From Bifidobacterium breve (GTDB lineage: Bacteria > Myxococcota_A > UBA796 > SXON01), in assembly GCA_943328795.2 (NCBI GenBank), contig CALQBK020000001.1, positions 17,200 through 81,199 on the forward strand: DNA of 64,000 nt, given 5' to 3'. A model generated the notes under the pieces. The model searched no databases and was not told where the DNA came from. It saw only the letters and a list, made by a program, of their open reading frames with translations. Below, one piece after another: positions 51,456 to 59,965 of this stretch. Both the position numbers and the translations under genes were made by a program. Numbering within the stretch: position 1 is the first letter of the stretch; every line of letters begins with the position of its first letter.

Positions 51456-52899
51456 CCGACGCGTCCATCAACGCGAGCCCCGTGTCGAACGCCCGGCCGA
51501 TGCGGGTCTGGTCGCGCACCATCGCGAGGCTCGCCCAGGTCGCTCGCTCTCCCGCGCGGATGAACTCGGCGAGGTCCGCGGGGGTGGGGTTCGCGACGAT
51601 CTTGCGCAGCAGCGCGGGGTGGAACTCGGGGTAGATGTCGATGTCCCCGCCGTAGTCCTGGCTCGCGAGGGCGTGGGCGCGGTCCGCGAGCTGCTGCAAC
51701 GGCCCGCGGAACGCCGCACGGCGCGCGAGCTCGGCGGCCGCGACGCCCTGTGTGCGGGCGGCGAGGCCGGCAGCGTCCGCGACCCCGCGGGCGAGCCCCG
51801 ACGCCGCGCCACGTCGGCGGGTTCGCCGGGCGAACGGGACGACGTGGGGGTTCGTCTGGCTCACGATGAAGTGGTTCACGTTGTGCAAGCGGGCGAGCCG
51901 GAGCTTCGGGAGGTCTTCGTAGAGCGACCCGTCCACCCAGCGCTCGCTCGGGACGTACGGCACGACTTGGCCGGTCGGGCTCCGGGCCTCCAGCACGATC
52001 GGCGGGAACAAGCCGGGCAACGCGCTGGAGGCGAGCGCCGCCCGCGCGACCAAGACGTCGGGGGCGGTGAGGTGCGTCAGGACGCGCGGCTTCTGGCGCG
52101 TGCGGGTCGGCGATACCGAGATGTTCAGCGCCCGCCCGCTGTGCGCGTAGGCCTCCGCGAACGTGGCGCCGCCGACGTTGTGCTGGAGCACCGCGAGCAG
52201 CTGCTCGGGGTCGAGCCACGCGCGTTGCTCCAGCGCTCGCCGCACGCCAACGGGCAACAGCCCGTCGAGGCGCATCTGCTCGGGGTGCGCGAACAGCTCG
52301 GCGAGCTCCGCGTCGTTGCGGGCGCAGATCCCCGCGGCGATCATCGCCCCGGTGCTGGCGCCAGAGAGGATCTTCGGCAGCACGCCGCCCTCGAACAGCG
52401 CCTTGACGACGCCGAGGTGGTGGAACCCCCACGTCGCGCCGCCCGAGAGCATCAGCGCGGAGCGGCCGAACGCGTGCGCGGCCTCGGCGAACCGGCGACG
52501 GCGCTCGACGTGCGGCAGGCCCGGGATCGGCGTCGCAGCGAGCCAAAGCAGGCACGTCTCCACCTCGCCCAGGTACTCGGTCACGAGGTGCTTCGTCCCC
52601 GCGAGCGCCACCGTGTAGAGCTCCTTCGCGCCGAGGTCCGCATGCTGCCGGTACAAGCTCGCGGTCAGGGACTCGGCGAGCGCGAGCGCCTGCCCTTGCT
52701 GCCGCTGGCGCCGTAAACCCTGGAGCTCCTCGCGCAGCAGGGTCGCATCGTAGCAGGGGTCTCCTGCCTCGGATCGCCACTCGTCCGCGCCGGAGAAGCG
52801 GTCCAGCGCCTCGGCAGCCTGGAGCCACTCCGCGTAGGTCGCGGCCCTGGCGAGCGCGTCTTCTGCCTCGCGCTCCTTGGCGCTGGTGAACATCGACAT
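51439..52899 (-). CDS. Patatin-like phospholipase with DUF3336-like N-terminal region
   Basis: ATG at 52899 (MSMFTSAKE...). Oxyanion motif SGGATWG, nucleophile GASTG, catalytic Asp in VDGSL. The track ORF extends to 53931 through the upstream gene in another context. Confidence 0.9.
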   Translation of the reverse strand: MSMFTSAKEREAEDALARAATYAEWLQAAEALDRFSGADEWRSEAGDPCYDATLLREELQGLRRQRQQGQALALAESLTASLYRQHADLGAKELYTVALAGTKHLVTEYLGEVETCLLWLAATPIPGLPHVERRRRFAEAAHAFGRSALMLSGGATWGFHHLGVVKALFEGGVLPKILSGASTGAMIAAGICARNDAELAELFAHPEQMRLDGLLPVGVRRALEQRAWLDPEQLLAVLQHNVGGATFAEAYAHSGRALNISVSPTRTRQKPRVLTHLTAPDVLVARAALASSALPGLFPPIVLEARSPTGQVVPYVPSERWVDGSLYEDLPKLRLARLHNVNHFIVSQTNPHVVPFARRTRRRGAASGLARGVADAAGLAARTQGVAAAELARRAAFRGPLQQLADRAHALASQDYGGDIDIYPEFHPALLRKIVANPTPADLAEFIRAGERATWASLAMVRDQTRIGRAFDTGLALMDASVSASR

Positions 52900-52910
52900 C
52901 GCGGCGAGGT

Positions 52911-53762
52911 CTACTTCCCGCCGATGGTCTGGAGCTCCTCGAAGCCGGGGAGCTGCGAGAGGTCCGCCACCACGGTGATCTCGATGCGGCGGTTCGCGGC
53001 CTTGGCGTCCGGCGTCGTGTTGTTGGCGACGGGCCGGAACTCGCCGTACGCCGCGGCGCTGACGCGGTCCGCCGCGACCCCGGAGGCGATCATCGCGCGC
53101 ACCACGGTGATCGCGCGGGCGCTCGCGAGCTCCCAGTTGCTCGGGAACTGCGCGGTCTTGATCGGGTCGTTGTCGGTGTGCCCCTCGACCTGGTACTTGC
53201 GGTCCGGGATCGAGGCCAGCACCGCGCCGACCTCCGCGATCGCGGTCTTGCCGGCCTCCGAGAGGTCCGCCTTGCCGGAGGCGAAGAGCACGTCCGTCGC
53301 GAGCACCACGACCATGCGCCCGTCGACGATCTTGACGGTGAGCCGGCCGGCGTCCGACAGGGTCTTGAACCGCGCGACCAGGTCCCGGTACTGCGCGATG
53401 CGCGCCTCGGCCTGTGCCTTGCGGGCCTGGAGCTCCTTGAGCGCCGTGGCGGTCTCCTCGACCGCGGCCTTCAGCTTCGTCTTGTCCGTCGTCAGCGCCG
53501 CCTTCTCGGACGTCAGCGCGTCCACCGCGGCCTGCTTCGCGTCGAGCTCCGTCTTCGTGGCCCGGATCTGCTCCCCGAGGGCGCGGGCGCCGTCGACCTC
53601 GCTCGCGAGGGAGCCCTCCAGCGACTTCACCTTCGCGTCGCGGGCGGCGATCTCGCTGGCGGCGGTCGCTTGGGCCTCGGTGAGCTGCGCCTCGAGCGCG
53701 TCGAACTTCTTCTGGGGCACACACGCGAGGGAGAGCAGGAACAGCGACGGGATTAGGGTCAT
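52911..53762 (-). CDS. OmpA/MotB-domain lipoprotein with long coiled coil
   Basis: Lipobox MTLIPSLFLLSLAC. About 120 aa of heptad-like coiled coil. OmpA_C/MotB domain (VLFASGKADLSEAGKTAI...EGHTDNDPIKTAQFPSNWELASARA...NRRIEITV). Confidence 0.9.
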   Translation of the reverse strand: MTLIPSLFLLSLACVPQKKFDALEAQLTEAQATAASEIAARDAKVKSLEGSLASEVDGARALGEQIRATKTELDAKQAAVDALTSEKAALTTDKTKLKAAVEETATALKELQARKAQAEARIAQYRDLVARFKTLSDAGRLTVKIVDGRMVVVLATDVLFASGKADLSEAGKTAIAEVGAVLASIPDRKYQVEGHTDNDPIKTAQFPSNWELASARAITVVRAMIASGVAADRVSAAAYGEFRPVANNTTPDAKAANRRIEITVVADLSQLPGFEELQTIGGK

Positions 53763-53786
53763 CGGGCCGGGCTAACGCACCGGGGC

Positions 53787-53815
53787 TTGACTGGCGCGGG
53801 GGCTTGCAGTATCGT
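53787..53815 (+). promoter_or_regulatory. Candidate sigma-70-type promoter for the PotD-like/APC operon
   Basis: TTGACT (53787-53792), a 17-nt spacer, then TATCGT (53810-53815). GGAG at 53827-53830 lies 6 nt before the GTG at 53837. Confidence 0.4.
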
Positions 53816-53836
53816 CGTGGGATCGCGGAGCCGTGC

Positions 53837-54982
53837 GTGCGACCAGAGCCCCTGTCCTTGCTGGTCGTTCTGATGGGGTTTACGCCGCTCTTTTCCGTCG
53901 CGGCCTGCGGGGTACACGACGCGCCGACCACCCCCGCCGAGCTGCACGTCTACGCGTTCGCCGAGTCGATCCCCCAGGAAGTACTTGAAGGGTTCCACCA
54001 GCACACCGGGGTGAGCGTCGTGCTCACCACCTACGCGTCCAACGAGGAGCTCGTGGCCGGCTTGCGCGCCGCCCCGGCGGCCTACGACCTCGTGATGCCA
54101 AGCGACTACGCGGTGGACGAGCTCGTGAGCGCGGGCGCGCTCCTGCCCCTGGACCTCGCGTCCATCCCGAACTACAACAACGTCGCGCCCGCGTTCTTGT
54201 CCCCCTGGTTCGACGCCGGTGGCGTGTCCCAGCCCGGACGTGGCCGGGCACGAAACGAGAAGTACAGCTTGCCGTGGCTGTGGGGGACGACGGGGATCAT
54301 CTTTGACTCCACCGTGCCCGGTCCCGCCCCGGCGCGCTGGGCCGACCTGTGGAGCCCCGCGTTCGCCGGCCGGCTCGTGCTGCCCGACGACGCCCGCGAG
54401 ATGCTCGGCATCGGCCTCCTCGCGCTCGGTTATCCGACGAACGACCCAGACCCGGCCCACATTCACGCCGCGGCCGAGCACCTCCGCCCGCTGGTGCAAG
54501 GCGCCGTCGCGCTCGACGCCAACACGCCGGAGACCATGCTCGTAGCGGGGCCGATCCACGCGGCGACAGCGTCCGCGGGGGTCGTGTACTCCGGCAACGC
54601 GGTGCTCGCCCGGCGGGGGAACCCCGCGCTGGTGTACGTGCTCCCCCAGGACGGCCCGGGCATCTGGTTCGACAACCTCGCGATCCCGGCGGCTGCCCCG
54701 CACCCCGAGGCCGCGCACCAGCTGATCGACTGGCTGTTGAGCGAGGACAGCGGTGCCGCCGTGGTCACGTCGTTGCCCTACGCGACGCCCAACGAGGCCG
54801 CGGTGCGCGCGCTGAAGGCGCGAGACCCCGCGCGGTGGAGCGAGTACGCGCTCGACCCGGTCGCGAACCCGTCGATGGACACCGTCGCTGGCGCGATCCC
54901 CGTGAAGAACGTGGGCGCGGCCGCGCAAGCCGTGTACGAGAGCGAGTGGGCCGTCATCGTCGGCGCGCGAGGTGCAAAATGA
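53837..54982 (+). CDS. PotD/PotF-like polyamine-binding periplasmic lipoprotein (solute-binding protein)
   Basis: The GTG at 53837 gives (M)RPEPLSLLVVLMGFTPLFSVAAC (lipobox); the track ORF starts at TTG 53804. PotD-type pattern: LHVYAFAESIPQEVLEGFHQHTGVSVVLTTYASNEEL, YDLVMPSDY, YSLPWLWGTTGI, and GIWFDNLAIPAAAPHPEAAHQLIDWLL. Confidence 0.88.
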   Translation: MRPEPLSLLVVLMGFTPLFSVAACGVHDAPTTPAELHVYAFAESIPQEVLEGFHQHTGVSVVLTTYASNEELVAGLRAAPAAYDLVMPSDYAVDELVSAGALLPLDLASIPNYNNVAPAFLSPWFDAGGVSQPGRGRARNEKYSLPWLWGTTGIIFDSTVPGPAPARWADLWSPAFAGRLVLPDDAREMLGIGLLALGYPTNDPDPAHIHAAAEHLRPLVQGAVALDANTPETMLVAGPIHAATASAGVVYSGNAVLARRGNPALVYVLPQDGPGIWFDNLAIPAAAPHPEAAHQLIDWLLSEDSGAAVVTSLPYATPNEAAVRALKARDPARWSEYALDPVANPSMDTVAGAIPVKNVGAAAQAVYESEWAVIVGARGAK

Positions 54983-56382
54983 GCGAGCAGGTGCCCGAGA
55001 CCAGCCTCCCCGCGAGCCCCGGTCGGAAGCTCACGCTGCTGCCGCTGGTCATGGTGATGTTCTTCACGGTCTCGGGCGGCGCGTACGGGCTCGAGGACCT
55101 GGTCGGGTCCAGCGGGCCGGGGATGGCGCTCATCCTGATCGTGGTGACCCCGCTGATCTGGAGCTTGCCGACGGCGCTGATGGTCGCGGAGCTCAGCACC
55201 GCGATGCCGGTAGCCGGCGGGTACTACGCGTGGGTGAAGAAGGCCCTCGGGCCGTTCTGGGGCTTCCAGGAGGGGTGGTGGAGCTGGATCACCAGCTTCG
55301 TCGACATGGCGATCTACCCGGTGCTGTTCGCGGACTACCTGAACACGCTGCTGGTGCAGCAGTTCGACTTCCACCTGCTGGAGGAGAACTGGCTCGCGCA
55401 CTGGGCGGTCTGCCTCGTCGTCATCTGGACCTTCGTGTTCGTGAACATCCGAGGCGCGAAGGGCGTCGGCGCGTCGTCGAACTGGTTCGGGGCGTTCGTG
55501 CTCATCCCGTTCGGCGTGATGGCGGTGATCGGGCTCTTCACGATGGTGGGGAGCCCGGTCGACTTCTGGCGACCGTTCGTGCCCGAGGACAGCACGCTGC
55601 TGGGGAGCTTCGGCACGGGCCTCTTCGTCGTGATGTGGAACTACCTCGGCTGGGACGGGCTCTCGACGATCTCGGACGAGGTGCACGAGCCCAAGCGCAA
55701 CTTCCCGCGAGGGCTCGCGCTCACGATCCCGCTGGTCACGCTGGCGTACTTGCTGCCGGTCGGCGCTGGGCTGCAGGCGGCTCCGGACTGGGCGGGCTGG
55801 ACCGCGGGCTACTTCCCCGAGGTCGCGGCCAAGGTCGGTGGCCCCTGGTTGGGCGCCTGGCTTGCCATCGGCGGGCTCGTCTCTGCCGCCGCGCTGTTCA
55901 ACGCGTTGATGCTGTCGATCTCCCGGCTGCCGTACGTGATGGCCGAGGACGGCTACTTGCCGGCGGCGATCACCCGACGGCACCCCAAGTACGACACGCC
56001 GTACGTCGCGATCATCGTCTGTGCGGTCATCTACAGCTTCTTCACGCTGTCAGCGTTCTCGAGCCTGGTCGTCATCGACGTCATCGTCTACGCCGCGTCG
56101 CTGCTGCTCGAGTTCGCGGCGCTGATCGCGCTGCGGGTGAACGAGCCGCGGATGAAGCGGCCGGTGCGCGTGCCGGGCGGGTGGCTCGGCGTCGCGCTGG
56201 TGACGTTCTTCCCAACCGCGGTGCTCGCGCTCGCGTTGTACAGCACCTGGGTGGAGGAGGGCTTCACCGCGATCTGGATGTCGGCGGCGGCGATCCTGAC
56301 CGGGCCGCTGCTGTACCCGTTGGCCGTGCGGTTCGTGAAGAAGGGCCGGCCGTCGGCGCAGGTCGACGTGGAGTACGAGTAG
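54979..56382 (+). CDS. APC-superfamily amino acid/polyamine permease
   Basis: The ATG at 54979 overlaps the binding-protein stop (ATGA). About twelve hydrophobic segments. N-terminal APC signature LLPLVMVMFFTVSGGAYGLEDLV...AELSTAMPVAGGYYAWV. Confidence 0.9.
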   Translation: MSEQVPETSLPASPGRKLTLLPLVMVMFFTVSGGAYGLEDLVGSSGPGMALILIVVTPLIWSLPTALMVAELSTAMPVAGGYYAWVKKALGPFWGFQEGWWSWITSFVDMAIYPVLFADYLNTLLVQQFDFHLLEENWLAHWAVCLVVIWTFVFVNIRGAKGVGASSNWFGAFVLIPFGVMAVIGLFTMVGSPVDFWRPFVPEDSTLLGSFGTGLFVVMWNYLGWDGLSTISDEVHEPKRNFPRGLALTIPLVTLAYLLPVGAGLQAAPDWAGWTAGYFPEVAAKVGGPWLGAWLAIGGLVSAAALFNALMLSISRLPYVMAEDGYLPAAITRRHPKYDTPYVAIIVCAVIYSFFTLSAFSSLVVIDVIVYAASLLLEFAALIALRVNEPRMKRPVRVPGGWLGVALVTFFPTAVLALALYSTWVEEGFTAIWMSAAAILTGPLLYPLAVRFVKKGRPSAQVDVEYE

Positions 56383-56387
56383 TCATA

Positions 56388-57035
56388 TCAGTTGCTCCGC
56401 ACGCGCCCCAGCGGCGCGGTGTCGACCGGCCGAATGCCGCCCATGATGGAGGGCCGCGGGGGGACCTGCGCGGGGGGCTCGCCCATCAGCACGTGGGTCG
56501 GGGGCGTGACGACGTCCTGCGCGGCGCTCACCTCCGGGATGATGCTCGCGTCGCTCGTGCCCTGGCCGGTAGCTGCGGTCGCCTCGGTCACGCGGGCCTG
56601 CCCTGTCACGAGGCGCGCCCCGTCGTCCCCGAGCTCGGGGATGGCGCTCACCTCGACGCTCGCGCCCGGCGACGTCGCGACGTCGTTGGGGCTCGAGTCT
56701 GAGTCGGCGGTGGGCGCACCGCCCGCCAGCCCGGCCGCGAGCACCGCCCCAGCGAGCATCGCAGGCCGCGACGGGCGGTGGATCGACCGACCGGCGGCGT
56801 CGACCTCGATGCGTACGCAGATCGGGGTGGCGTCGTCGCGGACGAGGGCCTCGGCCTCCGCCCGGGACATCGCCGAGAGGTTGTGCACGTGCTTGTTGCA
56901 CGCGTGGCAGAAGCGCTTCTCGTCGTCGACGCCGTTCGGGTGTTGGCCGCCAGCGACGCGCGCGAGCTTCTCCCAACGCATGGGGCACTCAAAAGCGAGG
57001 CGGACGGTGTCGAGCGAGAAGGGGGAAGAGGTCAC
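56388..57035 (-). CDS. Hypothetical protein with N-terminal Cys motif and low-complexity C-terminal half
   Basis: The GTG at 57035 gives (M)TSSPFSLDTVRLAFECPMRWEKL...RFCHACNKHVHNLSAMSRAEAEALV. One hydrophobic segment (AMLAGAVLAAGLAGG) follows. The rest of track ORF 56388..58262 is out-of-context extension. Confidence 0.6.
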   Translation of the reverse strand: MTSSPFSLDTVRLAFECPMRWEKLARVAGGQHPNGVDDEKRFCHACNKHVHNLSAMSRAEAEALVRDDATPICVRIEVDAAGRSIHRPSRPAMLAGAVLAAGLAGGAPTADSDSSPNDVATSPGASVEVSAIPELGDDGARLVTGQARVTEATAATGQGTSDASIIPEVSAAQDVVTPPTHVLMGEPPAQVPPRPSIMGGIRPVDTAPLGRVRSN

Positions 57036-57092
57036 GGTGGCTCCGGGTTCGCGGGGACAACGCGGGGCCAGCCCGGTGCTTACAGTCTTCGT

Positions 57093-57533
57093 GTGACGCC
57101 GCTGCCGGATCCGCCGCCCGCCCTCCATGTCTACGTGACCGCCGGGGTGGGTTTGCCCGAGGTGTTGCACGGCGAAGCCGGGGTCTTCGTGCTGCCTCGA
57201 CTCGCGGTGGGCGCGCACGTCGGGTGGGTCGTCTTGAACCCCGAGGCGGGGCTCGAGGTGACCGGCTACCTGCTCGGTACGCCGGTCGCGGGGCGTCCGC
57301 CGCGCCACGCGCTCACCCTGCAGGCCCAAGCGATGCTGAACCCCGCGCAGCGGCCCCTGTCGCTGGCCGGCGGGGGCGACCGACTGGCCGCGTATGCGGG
57401 CGCTTACGCCGGGTATGGGTGGACCGCGGATGTGGGGTTCGCGCTGCGGGTCCAGGCGGGGGCGCTGCTCTACGCAGACGGCGGGTTCGCGATCGGACCG
57501 AACGGGACCGTCGCGCTCGGCTGGGTGTTCTGA
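57093..57533 (+). CDS. Hypothetical Gly/Ala-rich beta-strand protein (146 aa)
   Basis: GTG at 57093, high GC3, alternating hydrophobic pattern, C-terminal ...VALGWVF. No obvious signal peptide. Confidence 0.5.
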   Translation: MTPLPDPPPALHVYVTAGVGLPEVLHGEAGVFVLPRLAVGAHVGWVVLNPEAGLEVTGYLLGTPVAGRPPRHALTLQAQAMLNPAQRPLSLAGGGDRLAAYAGAYAGYGWTADVGFALRVQAGALLYADGGFAIGPNGTVALGWVF

Positions 57534-57555
57534 CCCGCGCGGGGTAGGGGGGGCG

Positions 57556-57927
57556 ATGTCCAAAAATGTCCTCGGCGGCCCGCTCGCCCCCTGCTCCATG
57601 TCCCCGCGCACCGGCTGGTTTCGGGACGGGTGTTGTCGCCACGACGAGCGCGATGCCGGCCAGCACACGGTCTGCATCGTCGCGACCGCCGAGTTCTTGG
57701 TGTTCTCCGCGTCGCGGGGCAACGACTTGGCGACGCCGATGCCCGAGCACGGGTTCGCGGGGCTGAAGCCGGGCGACCGCTGGTGCCTGTGCGCCCCGCG
57801 CTGGCGGGAGGCGCTCGCCGCCGGCCAAGCCCCGCCGGTGGTGTTGGCGAGCACCGCCGCCGAGGCGCTCGGCGTGGTCCCGCTGGAGGCGCTGCTCAGG
57901 TTCGCGGCGGACCTCCCCGAGGCGTAG
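57556..57927 (+). CDS. DUF2237-family protein
   Basis: ATG at 57556. Motifs NVLGGPLAPCSMSPRTGWFRDGCC...DAGQHTVC...AEFLVFSASRGNDL...GLKPGDRWCLCAPRW. Confidence 0.85.
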   Translation: MSKNVLGGPLAPCSMSPRTGWFRDGCCRHDERDAGQHTVCIVATAEFLVFSASRGNDLATPMPEHGFAGLKPGDRWCLCAPRWREALAAGQAPPVVLASTAAEALGVVPLEALLRFAADLPEA

Positions 57928-57939
57928 TAGACTCCGTCA

Positions 57940-59100
57940 ATGCGCGCCTTCTCCCTGTTGTTCCTCTTCGCCTGCACCACCAAGGTCCCCACGGATGACG
58001 CCGTGGTGGGCGACAGCGGGGACGCCGACACCGACGCGGACAGTGACGCCGACACCGACGCGGACAGCGATGCCGACTCGGACACCGACACGGACGCCGA
58101 CGCGGACACCGACACGGACACGGGGACACCTCCGCCGACCCCCACGGAGAGCTGTTCGAACCTCGTCTCCGCGTCCTCCGCGTTCCTCGCGAGCTTGGAC
58201 GCCGACCAGGTCGCCGCGGTCCAGTTCGCGATCGACGCGCCGAACCGCCTCGACTGGAGCAACTTGCCCGTCCCGATCTACGCGCGGGACGGGCTCCAGC
58301 TCGCGCAGATGACCGGGACCCAGCAGGCGAACGCGTACGCGATGCTCCGCGCGAGCCTCTCGGCCAGCGGCTACCAGCAGGCCCTCGACGTCATCAGCGT
58401 CGACCAGTGGGGCGCGGACAGCGGCGACGAGATGGCGGGCGAGGGGTTCTACACCTTCGCGATCTACGGCACGCCGTCGACCACCGACGCGTGGGCGTGG
58501 CAGCTCGACGGCCACCACCTGGTCTACAACTTCACGGTCCTGTGCGACGCCGTCATCATGGCGCCGAACCTGCTCGGTGTGAACCCCACCCAGGTGGGCG
58601 AGGACGGCACCTCGATCGCGGGGCTGCGGAGCATGGCCGAGGAGACGGACGACGCCGTCACGTTCATGCAATCGCTCACCGAGGACCAGCTCGCGGTCGC
58701 GGTCACCAGCCCGACGAACGACACCCCGCTGCTCGTGGGCCCGGGCGTCAACGGCTTCTTCCCGAACGCAGAGGGCCTGCAGGCCACGGCGCTAACGGGC
58801 GATCAGGAGCTCTTGTTGCTCACGCTCATCGAGGACTGGGTCGGGGACCAGGACGACGCTTACGCGCCGCTGAAGATGGCGGAGGTAGAGGCCAACCTCG
58901 ACGACACGTTCGTGCTCTGGCAGGGGGAGGTGACCAACGAAGGCGGGTTCTACTACCGCGTCCAGGGGCCCACCATCTACATCGAGCTCGACCACGGGAC
59001 GACGACGCACATCCACGCGGTGTACCGGGACCCGCTGAACGACTACGGCGACGACCTGCTCGGCCGGCACTTGCGGGCCGACCACCCCGACCGCTTTTGA
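57940..59100 (+). CDS. DUF3500-family lipoprotein with (Asp-X)n acidic linker
   Basis: Lipobox [12 protein letters not shown]. The linker is [34 protein letters not shown]. The body contains [12 protein letters not shown], the G/YY pattern [18 protein letters not shown] and [14 protein letters not shown]. Confidence 0.85.
   Translation: MRAFSLLFLFACTTKVPTDDAVVGDSGDADTDADSDADTDADSDADSDTDTDADADTDTDTGTPPPTPTESCSNLVSASSAFLASLDADQVAAVQFAIDAPNRLDWSNLPVPIYARDGLQLAQMTGTQQANAYAMLRASLSASGYQQALDVISVDQWGADSGDEMAGEGFYTFAIYGTPSTTDAWAWQLDGHHLVYNFTVLCDAVIMAPNLLGVNPTQVGEDGTSIAGLRSMAEETDDAVTFMQSLTEDQLAVAVTSPTNDTPLLVGPGVNGFFPNAEGLQATALTGDQELLLLTLIEDWVGDQDDAYAPLKMAEVEANLDDTFVLWQGEVTNEGGFYYRVQGPTIYIELDHGTTTHIHAVYRDPLNDYGDDLLGRHLRADHPDRF
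58012..58128 (+). repeat. Coding (GAC-NNN)n microsatellite-like tract
   Basis: gacgccgacaccgacgcggacag[t/c]ga is duplicated and followed by further GAC-NCN units, encoding the alternating Asp linker. Confidence 0.8.
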
Positions 59101-59140
59101 CCAGCCAGTACGCTTCGCGCGCTGTTCATCCCGCGGACGG

Positions 59141-59470
59141 TCACTCGCAGCGGAAGCTGTAGACCGACAGCGTCGCGCCGTCGCTCGTCGTGCACGGCAC
59201 GGCGTCGGTGTGCACACACGGGGAGCCGGCGGCCTCGCAGCTCGCGCACAGCGCGTCCACCGAGTCCTTGTCCACCATCTCGACCGAGATCGCGTCGCAC
59301 GACTCCCCCGCGGCGGGGTCGTCGATGCACGAGACCCCCACGGCGTCGGCGTCGGACGACGGGGTGAGCTCGGCGCAGAAGGCGACGGGGGTAGCCGGTA
59401 CGGTGCTGGACTCCGTGTCACCGGACTCGTCGCCAACCCCGCTGCAGCCGAGCCAGAGGAGGAGGATCAT
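59141..59470 (-). CDS. Small Cys-rich lipoprotein (109 aa)
   Basis: The ATG at 59470 overlaps the upstream stop (ATGA). Lipobox MILLLWLGC. Eight further Cys residues lie in an acidic 90-aa mature part. Confidence 0.7.
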   Translation of the reverse strand: MILLLWLGCSGVGDESGDTESSTVPATPVAFCAELTPSSDADAVGVSCIDDPAAGESCDAISVEMVDKDSVDALCASCEAAGSPCVHTDAVPCTTSDGATLSVYSFRCE

Positions 59471-59952
59471 CGCCGACCCGGTCCACGGGGTCCGCCCGGC
59501 CCACCCGGTCCACGGGGTCCGCCTGGCCCGCCCGGTCCACGGGGTCCGCCTGGCCCACCCGGTCCGCGGGGGCCACCCGGCCCGTGCTGTCCGCCCGGGC
59601 CGCGGGGTGGCAGCAGCTCGACGACGACGCCCTCGGGGGCGAGCCGCGCGCGCAGCGCCTCGGCGTCTGCCGTAGGCACGTTGAACACGACCGGGGGCGT
59701 ACGGGACGGCACGTCCGCCATCACCGCCGGCGGGCGCCGCAGCACCTCGACGAGCACGCCGACGTGCGCCGGGCGCAGGCCGCGCAGCACTACGTCCACG
59801 GTCGGGCCCCCTGCCGCACCCCCGCGGGTCGCGCCGTCCGCCGGCGAGCGCAACGTCGTGACCTCCACGGTGGCGCCACAGTACACACACGTCCCGGAGG
59901 TCGCCGGGGCCGGCGCCCCGCAGCCGGGACAAGAGAGCTGGACAACGGGCAT
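59467..59952 (-). CDS. Zinc-ribbon protein with L7/L12-C-like middle segment and collagen-like G-X-Y C-terminal tail
   Basis: N-terminal CPGCG...CVYCG. The middle segment [22 protein letters not shown]...[24 protein letters not shown] is tentatively L7/L12-C-like. The C-terminal 45 aa are uninterrupted Gly-X-Y triplets ([42 protein letters not shown]). Confidence 0.7.
   Translation of the reverse strand: MPVVQLSCPGCGAPAPATSGTCVYCGATVEVTTLRSPADGATRGGAAGGPTVDVVLRGLRPAHVGVLVEVLRRPPAVMADVPSRTPPVVFNVPTADAEALRARLAPEGVVVELLPPRGPGGQHGPGGPRGPGGPGGPRGPGGPGGPRGPGGPGGPRGPGRR
59477..59584 (-). repeat. 27-nt tandem repeat (3 good copies plus 1 degenerate copy) encoding the G-X-Y tail
   Basis: Units at 59477-59503, 59504-59530 and 59531-59557 read cccggtccacggggtccgcc[c/t]ggccc[a/g]. 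A degenerate copy lies at 59558-59584. Confidence 0.9.
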
Positions 59953-59965
59953 CAGGACCTCGGGG

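Noticed and set aside
59477-59584. 27-nt direct repeats considered as a mini-CRISPR, REP element or + strand ORF (59190..59675, PVHGVR repeats)
   Set aside because: The copies are contiguous with no spacers. The unit length is a multiple of 3. On the minus strand the repeats give perfect Gly-X-Y periodicity within an ORF that has a coupled downstream gene.
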